Source of the DNA: the human T2T-CHM13v2.0 reference genome, Homo sapiens
DNA length: 64,000 bases
Reading direction: 5' to 3' (one strand)
Assembly (NCBI RefSeq): GCF_009914755.1
Contig: NC_060928.1
The position numbers and the translations under genes are program-made. This document shows, piece after piece, positions 62,395 through 64,000 of this stretch. How positions within the stretch are numbered: position 1 is the first letter of the stretch; each line of letters opens with the position of its first letter. The notes beneath the pieces are model-generated. The model was not told where the DNA came from, ran no database searches, and saw only the letters and a program-made list of their open reading frames with translations.

Positions 62395-62700
62395 TTTATT
62401 TATTGATTTGCTTATTTGTTGCACAAATAATTTTTTAGTTTCTAATAAGTGCCAGGTACCATGCTAGTATTAGCTATAGCAGAATATAAAATAAATTCCT
62501 TGCCCTCACAGAGGTTATATTCCAGTAGTGAAAATAAGCCATAAAAATCTATCATAGATTGATTTAAGGGTTGGAGAGATTGATTATAGCAAGATAGAGA
62601 GACAGAATAATGTTAACCTTTAATAAGTGCTATGAAGAAAGCTGAGGGGTCAGATAATGGATGGGCTATTTTGCTAGGTTATAAGTGGAGAACTCTTTAT
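62395..62700 (-). mobile_element. L2 LINE 3' end
   Basis: 'gtgccaggtaccatgctag...ccttgccctcacagaggttatattccagtag'. Confidence 0.65.
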
Positions 62701-63144
62701 GAGAATGATGATAATCAAAAGCTGACATTTTAAAAATAAAAATGAGATAATTTTTAAGATGATATGTCTTTACATGAGAGTGAGATGTAGAAGAGCAGCT
62801 TTGGATGTCCAGGAAAGCCAGAAAAGCTCAAAAGTGGAATGTTGATCTTAATTCAGTTGACATGTAGACACCCCCAGTGTCCTATTTTTGAAAGCTCAAA
62901 AAAACACAAATTTATCTCAGAAGTAGAGACAATGTTAGATCTTACAGTAAATGCAACTCACTTCAGCAATCCATTTGTCTCGATACTTCATGTTAAGAAA
63001 AGGTGATTCAGATATATATGTGGACAGGACTGTGTATGCAAAAAAATTTCTCCTAGAAAGTATTGTATCCGTTAACTTGGTTGCTCTAACTGCTTTTGTA
63101 GTTAACCTGATTGTGCAGCTAATTGTTCAAAAGTTGTACAAGTA

Positions 63145-63291
63145 GACCGGGCTCCGTGGCTCATGCCTGTAATAATCTCAGCACTTTGGGAGGCCAAGGT
63201 GGGTGGACCACCTGAGGTCAGGAGTTTGTGACCAGCCTGGCCAACATGGTGAAACCCTGTCTCTACTAAAAATACAAAAAGAAAAAAAAAA
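63145..63291 (+). mobile_element. AluS left monomer only
   Basis: cacctgaggtcaggagtt..ccaacatggtgaaacc..tactaaaaatacaaaaa then an A-run; no right arm. Confidence 0.85.
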
Positions 63292-63727
63292 GTACTTGTT
63301 ATTGCTAGACAATAACAAAAAAGTAGGAGGAAGAAAAATTTTAAGCATCATAGTAGATAAATTTACATTTGTATATATTATTTTCTGTAGATACATATAT
63401 ATACATACATACATACATCAAATATGATGTAACCACATATGATTTGTGGTTAGCTTTTGACATCTGATAAAATAGGAAATATATTTGATGGTGGTGATTA
63501 ATATATGTGGATAAATGACTATAAATATAAAAATATTACATTGAATCTTAAATGCACAATATAGAATGACTTGGTTTTCACACACTAGTTTCTTGCTTTC
63601 TCAGTAAGGCTCTTGAAAAGAGACTACCATTCAGCTGTTCAGTGGTATTTGAGAATGAGTAGAATTGAAATCTATAAAATATGACTTCATTTGCCACATG
63701 TCAGAAGCCATAAAAGAAAATGCACTT

Positions 63728-63876
63728 ATTAGGACAAATACCTAATGCATGCAGGGCTTAAAACCTAGATGATGGGTTGATAGGTGCAGTAAACCACCAT
63801 GGCACATGTATACCTGTGTAACAAACCTGCACATTCTGCACATGTATCCCATACTTAAAGTAAAATTTAAAAAAAG
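63728..63876 (+). mobile_element. Very short 5'-truncated L1PA8-type 3' end
   Basis: ggacaaatacctaatgcatgcagggcttaaaacctagatg; TSD core aaagaaaatgca 63713-63724 / 63877-63888. Confidence 0.85.
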
Positions 63877-64000
63877 AAAGAAAATGCATCTAAAGGTCTT
63901 TTCTGCCTACACATATAAAGTGATCTTTTTCATCATTTATAGTAAATACGATTGTTGCCAGATTATAAATATGGACCCAGGCTGTTCCTTGGGAGATTTA

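Overview
Primate (hominoid, human-like) AT-rich, repeat-dense intergenic or deep-intronic DNA. No host protein-coding gene, tRNA, rRNA or CRISPR array could be recognised. The only proteins I can name come from LINE-1. Main elements: (1) a full-length but inactivated L1PA3 on + (7706-13747) that lacks the 129-bp ZNF93-binding 5'UTR segment and whose antisense ORF0 is extended to 169 aa and reads out into flanking DNA; (2) an ancient full-length L1MA1/2-type element on - (53348-62338) with a perfect 14-bp TSD, carrying a nested twin-primed (5'-inverted) L1PA3 and a truncated Alu; (3) a nested pile of old L1M, L1PA15/16, LTR47, MLT1B, AluSq and AluYe5 at 38.6-44.1 kb; (4) solo LTRs (THE1D/MSTA, LTR18 with a tRNA-Ser PBS relic, MLT1), Alus, MIRs, L2s and a Cheshire/MER58 DNA transposon end. 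Outside the annotated repeats there are several palindromic or duplicated AT-rich tracts that look like template-switch products (best at 44390-44529) and a few exon-like segments with good splice signals on both strands, probably non-coding. I found no convincing new biological system. Subfamily names come from recalled consensus diagnostics and boundaries of old repeats are approximate.
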